55,112 nucleotides of DNA, filler included, from an uncultured virus (IMG/VR IMGVR_UViG_3300005239_003333) (5 parts of one record of this genome joined end to end with filler, not necessarily neighbours in it), one strand, 5' to 3'; counted from the whole stretch's first letter, positions 41,004-53,300 are shown. Translations and numbers: made by a program. The notes: generated by a model from the letters alone, not told the origin.

Positions 41004-41545
41004 TAAGTTTTACAGGAGCTCAAAGTACTGGTAAGTCGACTTTACTTGAAAAGTGTAGAGTTGATGAAAGATTTAAGAAATATAATTTTGAACCTGAAGT
41101 TACACGATGGGTAAAGAAAACCTATGGACTAACTATCAATGAAGAAGGTGACGAAATAACTCAATTAGCTATTCTTAATAGACATTTGCATAATTATCTT
41201 AACTACAGGGGCAAGGATGTTATATTGGATAGGTGTGTATTGGATGGGTTAATTTATACGATGTATCAATATCATACTAAAAAAGTGAGTATAGAGGTAT
41301 ATAGCTATGCGGAGTTATTATTTCAAAAGTTAATTGATAAAATTGATGTAATATTTTATACCGAGCCTGATATCGAATTAGTAGATGACGGTGAGAGAAG
41401 TGTAGATGTAGAATTTAGAGATACAATAGTTAATCTTTTTGAGGAAGCTATTACTCATTTCAATTTAAATGTAATAAGGTTAAGTGGATCAGTTGATAAT
41501 CGTATGAAGACAATTTATAATATAGTAGATAATTATGGCAAATAA
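40997..41545 (+). CDS. P-loop nucleotide kinase/ATPase (AAA_28-like)
   Basis: GAQSTGKST, DRCVLD, DDGER. Confidence 0.8.
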   Translation: MVISFTGAQSTGKSTLLEKCRVDERFKKYNFEPEVTRWVKKTYGLTINEEGDEITQLAILNRHLHNYLNYRGKDVILDRCVLDGLIYTMYQYHTKKVSIEVYSYAELLFQKLIDKIDVIFYTEPDIELVDDGERSVDVEFRDTIVNLFEEAITHFNLNVIRLSGSVDNRMKTIYNIVDNYGK

Positions 41546-42463
41546 AGAATTAGATAATAGTAGAATTAGTAAGCATTTAGGTCAGACGTCTCAATATAAG
41601 AGTGCGTATGATTCTGGATTGCTTGTAAGAGAGCCTCGTAGTAATAACCGAGTATATTTAAATATATTCGATGATGATTTACCTTTCGTAGGATCTGATA
41701 CGTGGAATGCTTATGAATGTTCATTCCTTCTAGATAATGGGCGCCCGGTAACAGGTGTTGTAAAGTGTGTATATCCTTGTAGCAGTAAGTATATTGTTGA
41801 AAGTAAGAGTATTAAGCTATACTTTAATTCCTTTAATATGACTAAAATTGCTGCCGATAAAGATGAAGCTGTTACTGCATTCGAAAATACTGCAAGTAAA
41901 GATCTAAGCAGATTATTACAGACTGACGTTCAAGTTAAATTCCAAGACGGTGATCGTGTTAATAAGAAGTTTGATAGCCCTAATAGTGAGTGGGATATAG
42001 GCGATTATCAAAACGTTGATTTACTCGATGACCATAAAGATTTTGTATATACTCAATATACAGAAGAGCCTGGTCTCTTAGAAGGTGTAAGTCGCGAAAG
42101 AGATTTAGAGCAAAAGTTCTATTCAGGTCTATTGAAGAGTAACTGCCGTGTTACTTCACAACCTGACTGGGGAGATGTATTCATCTATATTAAATCAAAG
42201 ACTGCTGTTGATGCTCATAGTATTAAGAACTATGTTGTATCATATAGAGATGAGTGTCATTTTCATGAAGAGATCTGTGAATGCTTCTATAAAAGATTAA
42301 AAGATGCTTTTGATCCTTCCGAACTATTAGTAATGTGCCTATATGCTCGTAGAGGTGGTATCGATATTAATCCTGTTAGAGCATCAAGTCAAGAACTTAT
42401 TGAGAAGTATGCTGCTAATCTAATCGACCCTGATGCAGTTCATATTAAAACTTCGAAGCAATA

Positions 42464-42464
<1 letters not shown>
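41535..42464 (+). CDS. queF: NADPH-dependent 7-cyano-7-deazaguanine reductase (bimodular QueF)
   Basis: D.WNAYE, VESKSIKLYFNSF, LKSNCRVTSQPDWG, FHEEICE, YARRGGIDINP. Confidence 0.95.
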
Positions 42465-43675
<1,211 letters not shown>

Positions 43676-43677
43676 AT

Positions 43678-43755
43678 GCCCCTATCGTCTAGCCAGGTCT
43701 AGGACACCGCGTTTTCATCGCGATAACCACGGTTCGAATCCGTGTAGGGGTGCCA
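43678..43755 (+). tRNA. tRNA-Glu (TTC)
   Basis: Acceptor GCCCCTA/TAGGGGT, loop TTTTCAT, GGTTCGAATCC, CCA end. Confidence 0.9.
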
Positions 43756-43762
43756 TTTATAT

Positions 43763-43797
43763 AAAAAAAAGCCGTTACGAATAAACGTAACGGCTTT
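43763..43797. terminator. terminator between convergent tRNA and gp23 transcripts
   Basis: A8-GCCGTTACG-AATAAA-CGTAACGGC-TTT. Confidence 0.85.
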
Positions 43798-43828
43798 AAG
43801 TTTGAATAGATACTTATATATCTGATTC

Positions 43829-45370
43829 TTAGAAGTAACGACTTTCTCCGCCAACGGAGAAGTTTTGTCCCAAGCCAGTACAAAGAATCGTGTGGTAATA
43901 TAGGTTAGCACCAAAGATATTATCAACAACGCCATAACGCGTAAGCAAGCCTACACGTGGAGCGAAGTCATTAGGACCAATTGTGCGTNNNNNNNNNNNN
44001 NNNNNNNNNNNNNNNNNNNNNNNNNNNNNNNNNNNNNNNNNNNNNNNNNNNNNNNNNNNNNNNNNNNNNNNNNNNNNNNNNNNNNNNNNNNNNNNNNNNN
44101 NNNNNNNNNNNNNNNNNNNNNNNNNNNNNNNNNNNNNNNNNNNNNNNNNNNNNNNNNNNNNNNNNNNNNNNNNNNNNNNNNNNNNNNNNNNNNNNNNNNN
44201 NNNNNNNNNNNNNNNNNNNNNNNNNNNNNNNNNNNNNNNNNNNNNNNNNNNNNNNNNNNNNNNNNNNNNNNNNNNNNNNNNNNNNNNNNNNNNNNNNNNN
44301 NNNNNNNNNNNNNNNNNNNNNNNNNNNNNNNNNNNNNNNNNNNNNNNNNNNNNNNNNNNNNNNNNNNNNNNNNNNNNNNNNNNNNNNNNNNNNNNNNNNN
44401 NNNNNNNNNNNNNNNNNNNNNNNNNNNNNNNNNNNNNNNNNNNNNNNNNNNNNNNNNNNNNNNNNNNNNNNNNNNNNNNNNNNNNNNNNNNNNNNNNNNN
44501 NNNNNNNNNNNNNNNNNNNNNNNNNNNNNNNNNNNNNNNNNNNNNNNNNNNNNNNNNNNNNNNNNNNNNNNNNNNNNNNNNNNNNNNNNNNNNNNNNNNN
44601 NNNNNNNNNNNNNNNNNNNNNNNNNNNNNNNNNNNNNNNNNNNNNNNNNNNNNNNNNNNNNNNNNNNNNNNNNNNNNNNNNNNNNNNNNNNNNNNNNNNN
44701 NNNNNNNNNNNNNNNNNNNNNNNNNNNNNNNNNNNNNNNNNNNNNNNNNNNNNNNNNNNNNNNNNNNNNNNNNNNNNNNNNNNNNNNNNNNNNNNNNNNN
44801 NNNNNNNNNNNNNNNNNNNNNNNNNNNNNNNNNNNNNNNNNNNNNNNNNNNNNNNNNNNNNNNNNNNNNNNNNNNNNNNNNNNNNNNNNNNNNNNNNNNN
44901 NNNNNNNNNNNNNNNNNNNNNNNNNNNNNNNNNNNNNNNNNNNNNNNNNNNNNNNNNTAACGAAGAGCAAATGCAAGGCCAACAGGACCAGCCATTGGTT
45001 GAACACCAACGATTTCATTTGTAATTAACTCGGGAAAAGTACGTCTAATCATCGGAATCAAGATTTTCGGTAAACGAGCATCGTTAGCTGCATATGTATC
45101 TTGACCAGGGGTACCGGTAGCATTATTAGTGCTTCCTAGTCCTGGATTGTGGGCAGCGGAGCCTAAGGCACCTCCACCAACTGAGCTATCTTCGTTCAAA
45201 CACCATGCTTCTTGGTTTTCCAAAAGCATAGCAGTATTCAAACGAGTATGGCTATCTTCGATAGGTGCAACTGATTTAGATGTGTAGTCCAAAACTGGAG
45301 CCCATTTCTCTAATAGAGCTGAAGCTCTTGATTCATCTATATAAGACTGTGAAGGTCTAATTGAATTCAT
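43829..45370 (-). CDS. gp23: major capsid protein (middle in N gap)
   Basis: LLEKWAPVL, TAMLLENQ, RRTFPELI..EIVGVQPM.GP.GLAFALR, P.VGLLTRYG. Confidence 0.95.
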   Translation of the reverse strand: MNSIRPSQSYIDESRASALLEKWAPVLDYTSKSVAPIEDSHTRLNTAMLLENQEAWCLNEDSSVGGGALGSAAHNPGLGSTNNATGTPGQDTYAANDARLPKILIPMIRRTFPELITNEIVGVQPMAGPVGLAFALRXXXXXXXXXXXXXXXXXXXXXXXXXXXXXXXXXXXXXXXXXXXXXXXXXXXXXXXXXXXXXXXXXXXXXXXXXXXXXXXXXXXXXXXXXXXXXXXXXXXXXXXXXXXXXXXXXXXXXXXXXXXXXXXXXXXXXXXXXXXXXXXXXXXXXXXXXXXXXXXXXXXXXXXXXXXXXXXXXXXXXXXXXXXXXXXXXXXXXXXXXXXXXXXXXXXXXXXXXXXXXXXXXXXXXXXXXXXXXXXXXXXXXXXXXXXXXXXXXXXXXXXXXXXXXXXXXXXXXXXXXXXXXXXXXXXXXXXXXXXXXXXXXXXXXXXXXXXXXXXXXXXXRTIGPNDFAPRVGLLTRYGVVDNIFGANLYYHTILCTGLGQNFSVGGESRYF

Positions 45371-45450
45371 AGTTGTATTTTCCTTTATTTTTATTTCGAC
45401 CCCAAGGGATTTAACCCAGGTTACTCAGGAAAGCCTAATCAATTATAAAA

Positions 45451-46302
45451 TTAATATTTGCTTAGCTCGGACATATAACCGTTATCTGAAACAGGTGTTT
45501 CTACCTTTTCTTCAACGACTCTATCTACCTTAGTAGTGTCCTCTAAAGCTTGCTCCTTTAAGCTCTCAAGTCTGCTTACTTCTTTCTTTTCAAAAAGCTT
45601 TAAAGTATAATCAAAATTCTCAGCAATGAACTCTGCGTCCTTACCTGCTAATACTTTCTTAATATACTTTGCACTTCTCTCATCGAGACTAGCTGTTTTT
45701 TGTTCAATTAATAGATTGGACTTAATAGTATTAAGTTCTTCTTCAACAACAGCCTTCTCTTGAAGGGCAGACTCAAGCTTTGTGGTAGCTTCATTTATTT
45801 GGTTTTTACCGTCTAATACAGCATCTTTAATGCTCTCTTTTTGTAGAGCGCTGTCAACGGCTAAATTTGTACGAAGATCTGCTAGAACTTGAATTGCTTT
45901 CTTATTCTTTACAGCTTCTTTAATCTCTTCAGTAGGAATAGCTTCTTGGATATATTCATCAAGATATGTTGAAATAGATTCAACTAACTCACTTTTAAAA
46001 CTATCAGCATCTTCAGTTAATGTTGTTTCATACTTTTCGACAATAGCCTTAAGCTTACCCGCTCTATCAGCATCTAATGCTTCAACAACTTGTTCTAGCT
46101 TTTTAGTATGGTCAGCATCTAATGCTTCTAATAGCTTTTCTAATTTTGACGTGTATAACTCGTCTTGTTCTAAAAGAGCCTTATCGACATGTAATTGTGT
46201 CTTCTCTTCTAAGCGTTTCTCGAACGCTGTTTCAATTGCAGCAAGAGTTGATTCATCAATTGCCCCGTCAGTTGCTTCTTTTAGTATTTCAGAAATATTC
46301 AT
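45451..46302 (-). CDS. gp22: prohead scaffolding protein
   Basis: Acidic coiled coil, I..YLD, upstream of gp23, ends YMSELSKY. Confidence 0.8.
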   Translation of the reverse strand: MNISEILKEATDGAIDESTLAAIETAFEKRLEEKTQLHVDKALLEQDELYTSKLEKLLEALDADHTKKLEQVVEALDADRAGKLKAIVEKYETTLTEDADSFKSELVESISTYLDEYIQEAIPTEEIKEAVKNKKAIQVLADLRTNLAVDSALQKESIKDAVLDGKNQINEATTKLESALQEKAVVEEELNTIKSNLLIEQKTASLDERSAKYIKKVLAGKDAEFIAENFDYTLKLFEKKEVSRLESLKEQALEDTTKVDRVVEEKVETPVSDNGYMSELSKY

Positions 46303-46304
46303 AA

Positions 46305-46460
46305 TTAAAATAGGTTTATATTATTATTTATAATCTCACGCTTGATTTTCTTGTCTATTGAGCGAGATAAGTTCCCATGAGCTTTACTATAGTTTTTATC
46401 AATAATATTGTTAATAAAACTCTTTATATCTTTCTTTACATCTAACGTCTTATTACTCAT
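46305..46460 (-). CDS. small prohead core-like protein (51 aa)
   Basis: Manual: MSNKTLDVKKDIKSFINNIIDKNYSKAHGNLSRSIDKKIKREIINNNINLF; fills the gap between gp21 and gp22. Confidence 0.55.
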   Translation of the reverse strand: MSNKTLDVKKDIKSFINNIIDKNYSKAHGNLSRSIDKKIKREIINNNINLF

Positions 46461-46468
46461 ATCTATAT

Positions 46469-47137
46469 TTATAAGGATTTAATAAATTGCAACATATGTT
46501 TTCTTAAAAATTCATCTTTTCCTTTAAGAGGCATAGTTGATATAGTTTTTTCAAAATTGTCGTAAGCTTCTTCAAATTGACCGTACTTGTTAACGACATA
46601 TTGCTTACTCTCAAGAATACCGTTAACAAATGCTTTTGGAAAGGATGGATCGGCAACACAGTCAATAGCTACAAGTTTAAAGTCTTTAACTCTATTAATA
46701 CCCTCTTGACCGGATTCAGGTATCAATTGACCTAGAGCTCTAGAACTCATACCAACTCTTACACCATCATTAATAAGAGATCTAACTATCATACCTGTTG
46801 GTGTTGATAATACTTTACTCTTACCGTAGAATACATTACCATCTTGCGACATTTCTGTTACTAAATGACATGCTCTTTCAAGGTCAACATCAGCAGTAGT
46901 GGGGTGATTAAGTTCGCCCATTGCTCTGCCCGTCTTTACCATAAAATTTTCATAACGCTTGATTTCTCTTTGCATTTCTTCTAGAGGATATATACGCTTA
47001 TTACGATTAACTCCCTCTGCCATCATATACGGGCCTTTAATAAAGAAGTTTTTTTGATCTTTTGAATTACCTTCTTCGACAATATATTCAAAAGCTTCCT
47101 TTGGAGCCGGGGTTTCTACTATAAGACTTAAACTCAT
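46469..47137 (-). CDS. gp21: prohead protease
   Basis: NRNKRIYP, GELNHP, TP.G, GMSSRALG, D.VADPS...AFV. Confidence 0.95.
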   Translation of the reverse strand: MSLSLIVETPAPKEAFEYIVEEGNSKDQKNFFIKGPYMMAEGVNRNKRIYPLEEMQREIKRYENFMVKTGRAMGELNHPTTADVDLERACHLVTEMSQDGNVFYGKSKVLSTPTGMIVRSLINDGVRVGMSSRALGQLIPESGQEGINRVKDFKLVAIDCVADPSFPKAFVNGILESKQYVVNKYGQFEEAYDNFEKTISTMPLKGKDEFLRKHMLQFIKSL

Positions 47138-47177
47138 GTACTAATTATTTATTAAGAAAGGAACAATTTCCTAGGTT

Positions 47178-47630
47178 TTAACGTATACCTAGCTCCTTTT
47201 CTGTTAAAATTAAAAATTTACACCCTTTACGATTAGACCATTCTTCCGCGGCCTTCCATTTAGATTGGTTAATAATCCATGTTTTTTGCTCGTATAACAT
47301 GGTTCTTCTTTGTTTACCTTTTTTATTTTCTGGCTTTGCGACCTGTTTACTAGGCTTTATTTCAATTAAAAATTTCTGGGTAGTACCGGTCTTATCTTTA
47401 AACACTATAAAATTATCAACAAAATATCTATGAACTCTACCGTCTAAAGGGCTCGTATATGGTATTACTACATTTTCACTTCCCCATGCTAGTATGTTAG
47501 TATTTGTATCTGCCCACCTGAAAAATTTTAATTCGTAGCTAGATCGATATACCGGGTCATTTTTACCAATATACTTTTCCCGGTGTATGGGTTTAAATAT
47601 TCCTTGCCGATATCTTTTATCTTTTTTCAT
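47178..47630 (-). CDS. gp4: head completion nuclease
   Basis: YRSSYE..F..W.D, W.SE...IPY.SP.D...HRYFVD, EIKP, N..KW.AA, F.ILTEKEL. Confidence 0.9.
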   Translation of the reverse strand: MKKDKRYRQGIFKPIHREKYIGKNDPVYRSSYELKFFRWADTNTNILAWGSENVVIPYTSPLDGRVHRYFVDNFIVFKDKTGTTQKFLIEIKPSKQVAKPENKKGKQRRTMLYEQKTWIINQSKWKAAEEWSNRKGCKFLILTEKELGIR

Positions 47631-47647
47631 ATAGTATAAATATAGTT

Positions 47648-48169
47648 ATGACATTTGAAGAAAAAATCATTAAGAACAGTTCTATAAGGCAAGGGAAATT
47701 AATGAGGCCTGCAAAAATCGCATTTGATAAACCAGATACAGGAGTTACTATCAATAAAAAAGGTGCGTATTATCTAATAAAAGACTCGGCAGATATAACG
47801 ATACAATATCTTGCGCATCTATGTTATGGTAGCTATAATGAACCTATCAACGAGTTGAAGGGTAAGTTTACTCAAAGTGAAATTATTGACTTCGTCGGTA
47901 GGAGTAAAGAAGAAAAAAATACTAATCAGTTATTGAGTATAATTTTAGCTGACCTGGGGTATGTCAGTCAATCTTTCGAGGTAGATGTAATAGATGAAGA
48001 AGAACTAGATCTTACTATAGATGAAGACGAAGATGATGTATACGGTGATTATGAAACTGAAACGACATCTACAGCAAGTAAGTCACCAGCTTCAGAAAGC
48101 GAACCTCTTGATATTAATGACGTTAGCGGAGTTATTCAGAAACTTATCGAAGTATTTGCAGCTAAATAA
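47648..48169 (+). CDS. hypothetical late protein with acidic tract
   Basis: TATAAATA at 47635; 173-aa ORF. Confidence 0.6.
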   Translation: MTFEEKIIKNSSIRQGKLMRPAKIAFDKPDTGVTINKKGAYYLIKDSADITIQYLAHLCYGSYNEPINELKGKFTQSEIIDFVGRSKEEKNTNQLLSIILADLGYVSQSFEVDVIDEEELDLTIDEDEDDVYGDYETETTSTASKSPASESEPLDINDVSGVIQKLIEVFAAK

Positions 48170-48332
48170 TTTGTTTAGCTTCACCTTGGCTCGTACTCAT
48201 AGCCGATCCGATATCAGCCGGAGATATAATCTTATGTATATTATATAAGTCCGACCCTACACCTGATAGATAAGCAGCACTCGTCCCAGTAAATGATGTA
48301 TCTAAATAGTTGTACCCTGCTTCTGGATTCAT
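48162..48332 (-). CDS. small hypothetical protein (56 aa)
   Basis: Manual ORF MNPEAGYNYLDTSF...; TAATG overlap with neck gene. Confidence 0.4.
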   Translation of the reverse strand: MNPEAGYNYLDTSFTGTSAAYLSGVGSDLYNIHKIISPADIGSAMSTSQGEAKQII

Positions 48333-49513
48333 TAGCCTACAAAGAACATTGGCGGTTCTGCGTCGCCTAATCCTGGAGCGCCTTCATATAGAGCAGTTTC
48401 GAGTTTTTCTTTCTCAGCTAATCCCTGGCTCATAAGATCGGACGAATTTAAGCTGCCTCCTCCAAATAGAGTGACGCTCCCATATTTGCCTCTAATATTA
48501 GCAACAGCCATCTTAGTAAGAGCAAGCGTATATTGGTATACCCAATGCTCTTTAATAATATCTCGAATAGGTCTCTCGACATAGCAGCTAACTACCCCGT
48601 AAAACCTTACACCATTTCCTGACGCGTTCGGCTGAGGATACATTCTCATTGTCTGAGTTCTATCATCAAAAGTATAACTGCGTTTAGTTGCTAGAAGTTT
48701 TTCTCTCATCTCTAACCAATCTTTTAAAACGTACCAGCTAACTAGGTCAAAGCCATAATTACCCATCGCATAACTAAAATATGTTTGCTGAGCTAATGTC
48801 TGTTCTATTGTAAAGAGAGTATTAATACCTGTTGTTGAACCTTCCTCGAAGTCCTGAACAGCAATAACCTTGCGATAGTCCATTACATCATAATCAAAGC
48901 TATTCATATATTTGATATCCGCTTGTTCAGTTTTAGAACCCTGCCTAGTAAACCCGTCTTTCTTGCTTGTAATAAACAGTCCAGATAAGCTATTATCGGC
49001 AAATCCAGCAGATAAGCTATTAACGCCCGTTATTGCTTTATATATAGTTTCAGAAAATATTTGATTTTCAAAAACTCCGCTTAGAAGAGGTGCAGATAAT
49101 GCTGATGTTGAAGTAAAATTACTCCCTAGTATTGCGCTTGTTGATATGTAAAGCGTTTCAGGATCTGTTTTATAGTTCGAAAAATCTTCACTCTCGTTAT
49201 TATGTTCGATTTGCTGCGAAAGATTATCAGAATTTTGCAATGAAAAAAGTTGATCTAATCTAATGCCTTTATTTTTCTCATATAGAGCACTATCAAATAA
49301 AAGATACTCTTGTGTATACCCAGCAAATTTTGCGAACATCTCGCAAGCTATGCTAATATTTTCATTCAATGTATCGCTGTGTATCTCAACATTAACAAAG
49401 GGATAACCTAGTGAGCGTAATACCCTGTCACTTAATCTCCCAAAATTATCAATCTTACTATTGAGATTCGTGCTTTGAAAAGCAGAAATCGGTGTTATAT
49501 CGCACTTAGCCAT
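48332..49513 (-). CDS. gp13: neck protein
   Basis: LR.LG.P.VNVE, WVYQY.LAL.K...A..RGKY....L.GG..LN, P.FFVG. Confidence 0.88.
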   Translation of the reverse strand: MAKCDITPISAFQSTNLNSKIDNFGRLSDRVLRSLGYPFVNVEIHSDTLNENISIACEMFAKFAGYTQEYLLFDSALYEKNKGIRLDQLFSLQNSDNLSQQIEHNNESEDFSNYKTDPETLYISTSAILGSNFTSTSALSAPLLSGVFENQIFSETIYKAITGVNSLSAGFADNSLSGLFITSKKDGFTRQGSKTEQADIKYMNSFDYDVMDYRKVIAVQDFEEGSTTGINTLFTIEQTLAQQTYFSYAMGNYGFDLVSWYVLKDWLEMREKLLATKRSYTFDDRTQTMRMYPQPNASGNGVRFYGVVSCYVERPIRDIIKEHWVYQYTLALTKMAVANIRGKYGSVTLFGGGSLNSSDLMSQGLAEKEKLETALYEGAPGLGDAEPPMFFVG

Positions 49514-49567
49514 TATAAAATATTTAATACTCTTAGTATATAACTCACGTTTTTTATAAATATTAAT

Positions 49568-49801
49568 ATGGCATCAGGAGATATACACATTTCAGTAGTA
49601 CCGGCTGTATCAGCGGTCGCACCTTATAATCGCGTAAATGAATACGGCAACACAGTTTCAATGACGACAAAAAGTATTGCAAATGACCAAGCTTTGCTTG
49701 CTGCATATATTAATGGTCAGCAAGCCGCGTCGCCTGCTAAAACCTTAATACAAGTATTAGATGGTAAGAATCGTTTAACGCTAGTACTTAAAGAGTCTTA
49801 A
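49568..49801 (+). CDS. hypothetical late protein
   Basis: TATAAATA at 49555. Confidence 0.5.
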   Translation: MASGDIHISVVPAVSAVAPYNRVNEYGNTVSMTTKSIANDQALLAAYINGQQAASPAKTLIQVLDGKNRLTLVLKES

Positions 49802-49805
49802 ATCT

Positions 49806-51643
49806 TTAAACTGCGGGCTCTGGAGGAGCTTCATCAGCAGCAGGAGCTTCAGCCTCTGCAGCATCAGCTGCACCTGTATCAGCTGGTGCACCGCCAANNN
49901 NNNNNNNNNNNNNNNNNNNNNNNNNNNNNNNNNNNNNNNNNNNNNNNNNNNNNNNNNNNNNNNNNNNNNNNNNNNNNNNNNNNNNNNNNNNNNNNNNNNN
50001 NNNNNNNNNNNNNNNNNNNNNNNNNNNNNNNNNNNNNNNNNNNNNNNNNNNNNNNNNNNNNNNNNNNNNNNNNNNNNNNNNNNNNNNNNNNNNNNNNNNN
50101 NNNNNNNNNNNNNNNNNNNNNNNNNNNNNNNNNNNNNNNNNNNNNNNNNNNNNNNNNNNNNNNNNNNNNNNNNNNNNNNNNNNNNNNNNNNNNNNNNNNN
50201 NNNNNNNNNNNNNNNNNNNNNNNNNNNNNNNNNNNNNNNNNNNNNNNNNNNNNNNNNNNNNNNNNNNNNNNNNNNNNNNNNNNNNNNNNNNNNNNNNNNN
50301 NNNNNNNNNNNNNNNNNNNATATCATATTTTTTCTTTACCCTTTAAGCTCTAGGTGCGTTATAAAACCTCTCTTTAATCCGCTTGCAAATTGCTGTTGTA
50401 ATCTGATAATAAACTTTGCAAATTTAAGCTCTTCGCGGAGGATTTCCTGCCCATCGCTAAATGTGGATTCCGGATTAACTCTATTAGTAGGTACCTTTAA
50501 AGCCTTATATAGCTTATTAACAAAATACATTAAGTCAGTAAGTTCACCTAAATTAGCTCCTCCTTGTAACTGTGTAACATTAGTACCCTCAGAACCAGCT
50601 CTCTTAGCGAACCAGAAAGAGTCAAGCATTGATTGAGGGTTAAATTTTTGAACAGCTCCAGATTGATTAACATCGAATGTCTTCTTCGACCAATATGACT
50701 GCATTAGCTTTCTGAGATAAGCTTCAGCTTTTGGCGGAGACATATTACCAACATCTACATTAAACACTAGACGCTCTGGAGCTCTAACCAACCTGTATAT
50801 AACAATACTATCTTCAACTAGCGATAATTGACGATACGCTCTACGAGCATTTTCGATAAATGGTAATCTAAATGTTTTATCCTGGTTCCATATACCTGAA
50901 TTGACATAAGATATTTGATTATCATCCATCGGTACTAATTCTATCTTATCTATCTTATTTGGCTTATTAGGGTCGAATATTGGCTTACGTAATATAAAGC
51001 CTTTAATAAGCATATTCTGTATATTATCATAAACAGCATCTACCAAGTCCGAAGGAAGATGTACAACACCTAGTATACCCTCGTCGGCGTACTTCTTATG
51101 AATAATATGCTCAAAAAATACTTCACCTTCAATAAGCATTTGTCTAAAATATTCAAAACCTTTTTTCTCTAGATTATAATAATCAATATATTTTTCAAAC
51201 TCAGCTGTTATCTTGCCTTTGTCATTCTCCTCTAAAGTAGTATTTCTAAATTCTAAATTAACGATATTACCATCTTGATCTTTATTAACAACCTCATCGC
51301 AAATTTCATCTAACGCATCAGCAATTTCAGCAAAGGAAGCCATAACACGGTAGTCACGAAGCCTACCAGATTTATTCTCTTCAATATTTGCGTATACTAA
51401 TTCTGCGTATTGAGATTCACTACCGAATTGACCAGGAGCTACATTATTATATTCATTATTATAAAGTACCGATTGATTAGCCAATGCTTCGGTTCTCTTT
51501 ACCCCTGTGTCTTGAAATACTTCATACTTAGGGTTTAAATCGCTCAATAAATCTGCAGCATTTGGTGTTTGATACGGAAGTTTATTGGTAATATTTCTAA
51601 AAATATCTGAATTAAAAAATGATTTTTTATTTTCGTCTGCCAT
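49806..51643 (-). CDS. gp20: portal protein (frameshift at ~50337 and N gap)
   Basis: YR.MA...EI.DA.DEI, QL...EDS.VIYRL.RAPER..F..DVGNM, L.GG.NLGE..D..YF, REELKF; Ala/Pro-rich tail ends at 49806. Confidence 0.93.
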
Positions 51644-51663
51644 GGGTTATTTATATTTAGTAA

Positions 51664-52782
51664 TTAATTAACTTTAATAAAGGTCGTATTGGCACTAAAT
51701 GTTTGTGTCTCTAGAGTATCGTCACTAAACGAGTAACCAGCTTTATTATAAGGTATGAATCTAATACTACCGGTACCACCTGTTAGTGCCGGCATTGACA
51801 GGCTAATAATATTATCATTTATAATAGTAAAGGGTATAGATTGGCCAGAAATTGAAGGCTGTCTTGTTGTTGCTGATAGAGATGTCAACGATGTATACAT
51901 GCTACTATTTGTTGAACTAAATAAGACAGTTTCAGTATTTGCAAAACCTAATCCATTGAGAAGAATAGTACCGGCTCCTGACGAACTTACTTGCGCTGTT
52001 GTTAAATTTACATCGTTATATAATTTAACACCGTTATAAAATATATCTGTTATATGCGGCGACCCAGACAATTCAAATGATTCAGTCGGTACATTGCTAC
52101 CGCTCATACCTTCATAATCACTTAACAAGTTAACAGCGTTAAAGTTCTGATCAATATAAAAAATATTACCGACAGGGTCGTCCTTGTCCTTAAATAACCA
52201 ACCCTTAATAGTAAATGAGGTATCAGCTGTTATACGAGCTTTTTGCGATGCGTTTAATTCTGTCGGGTAGTTTAAACTAACATTACCATCCCATAATACT
52301 TCGGATCTTATTTCTTGATCAACTGATAAATTAAATTTCTTTGGGACTTTCCAAGATATAACAACATACGGATTAGAGAACGGTATAAAGTTACTTAGGA
52401 TCTGATCCATATCGGTTTGATACCTAGATAGAACTGATACGCTAAGATTAATATTAACAGGTACAGGAGCCTTAATATGGCTAGCTGTCTTTTCCTCGCC
52501 ACTAGTACCCGAATAATAAAATCCATCTAATTTATTAAACACTCTGGTAGTATCTCTCGATACACTTTTAATGCTTACAGCTACAACCGGTAATGTAATA
52601 GTTTTATTCTCGTTAATAATATCAAACATTACTCGCTCCTTAGGTGCGTAAACATATCTAACGTTAATCCGATCGAGTTCAGCTCTATTTTTATTATACC
52701 TACCTATAACAATATCATCAAATGCCGCAATAAATTGCGTCACCATGTCTTTAACTTCAAAATGGAATGCTCTACTCTTCAC
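51664..52782 (-). CDS. gp15: tail terminator/sheath stabiliser with C-terminal extension
   Basis: F.A.F.DI.I.R, YAPK.R, PVP.N....S......D.DQI..F.P, FTIKGWLF. Confidence 0.8.
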   Translation of the reverse strand: MKSRAFHFEVKDMVTQFIAAFDDIVIGRYNKNRAELDRINVRYVYAPKERVMFDIINENKTITLPVVAVSIKSVSRDTTRVFNKLDGFYYSGTSGEEKTASHIKAPVPVNINLSVSVLSRYQTDMDQILSNFIPFSNPYVVISWKVPKKFNLSVDQEIRSEVLWDGNVSLNYPTELNASQKARITADTSFTIKGWLFKDKDDPVGNIFYIDQNFNAVNLLSDYEGMSGSNVPTESFELSGSPHITDIFYNGVKLYNDVNLTTAQVSSSGAGTILLNGLGFANTETVLFSSTNSSMYTSLTSLSATTRQPSISGQSIPFTIINDNIISLSMPALTGGTGSIRFIPYNKAGYSFSDDTLETQTFSANTTFIKVN

Positions 52783-52791
52783 TATTAATAT

Positions 52792-53101
52792 TTATTCCCA
52801 CGGGTAGACCAGCCAGTCATCATTCTCAATAATAGATCCATATGCACCATTAGACCACTTCGTATTATATCTCTTCGAGCATGCGCTAAAGATAACATCG
52901 TCGATTTCACCTCTATCAAAGTGGTAGTTTAGATAATTAGCAGCTTCGATAAACGTTCTACCTGAGTCGTTTATATCATCTACCACTAATACATTACCAA
53001 ATAAGACAGGGTTACCGTAAAATTGGGTAGCTTCTACATCTCTAGTCTAACACCTAACTGTTGTAGTTGTTATTATCTAATCTATACGCTAGCATAGTAG
53101 C
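52792..53101 (-). CDS. type I purine phosphoribosyltransferase-like (5' truncated, frameshifted)
   Basis: VLVVDDINDSGRTF PRPP-binding motif; WLVYPWE C-terminus. Confidence 0.8.
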
Positions 53102-53201
53102 NNNNNNNNNNNNNNNNNNNNNNNNNNNNNNNNNNNNNNNNNNNNTTAATTAATTAANNNNNNNNNNNNNNNNNNNNNNNNNNNNNNNNNNNNNNNNNNN
53201 N
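53102..53201. other. artificial contig linker
   Basis: N-TTAATTAATTAA-N. Confidence 0.97.
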
Positions 53202-53300
53202 GTCGCCCGATATCTAAAACGCGTTCTCTATAGTCAGAGAATTCCAATGGCGTGCTCTGAGAGAGCGGGTCTCAGAGAGAGCGGGCCGTTCATAGAGGAA

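Noticed and set aside
43989..44957. Long X-filled ORFs or a possible intron in gp23 (also the portal gap 49898-50319)
   Set aside because: Only N gaps; gap sizes roughly match the missing coding sequence and no intron evidence is visible
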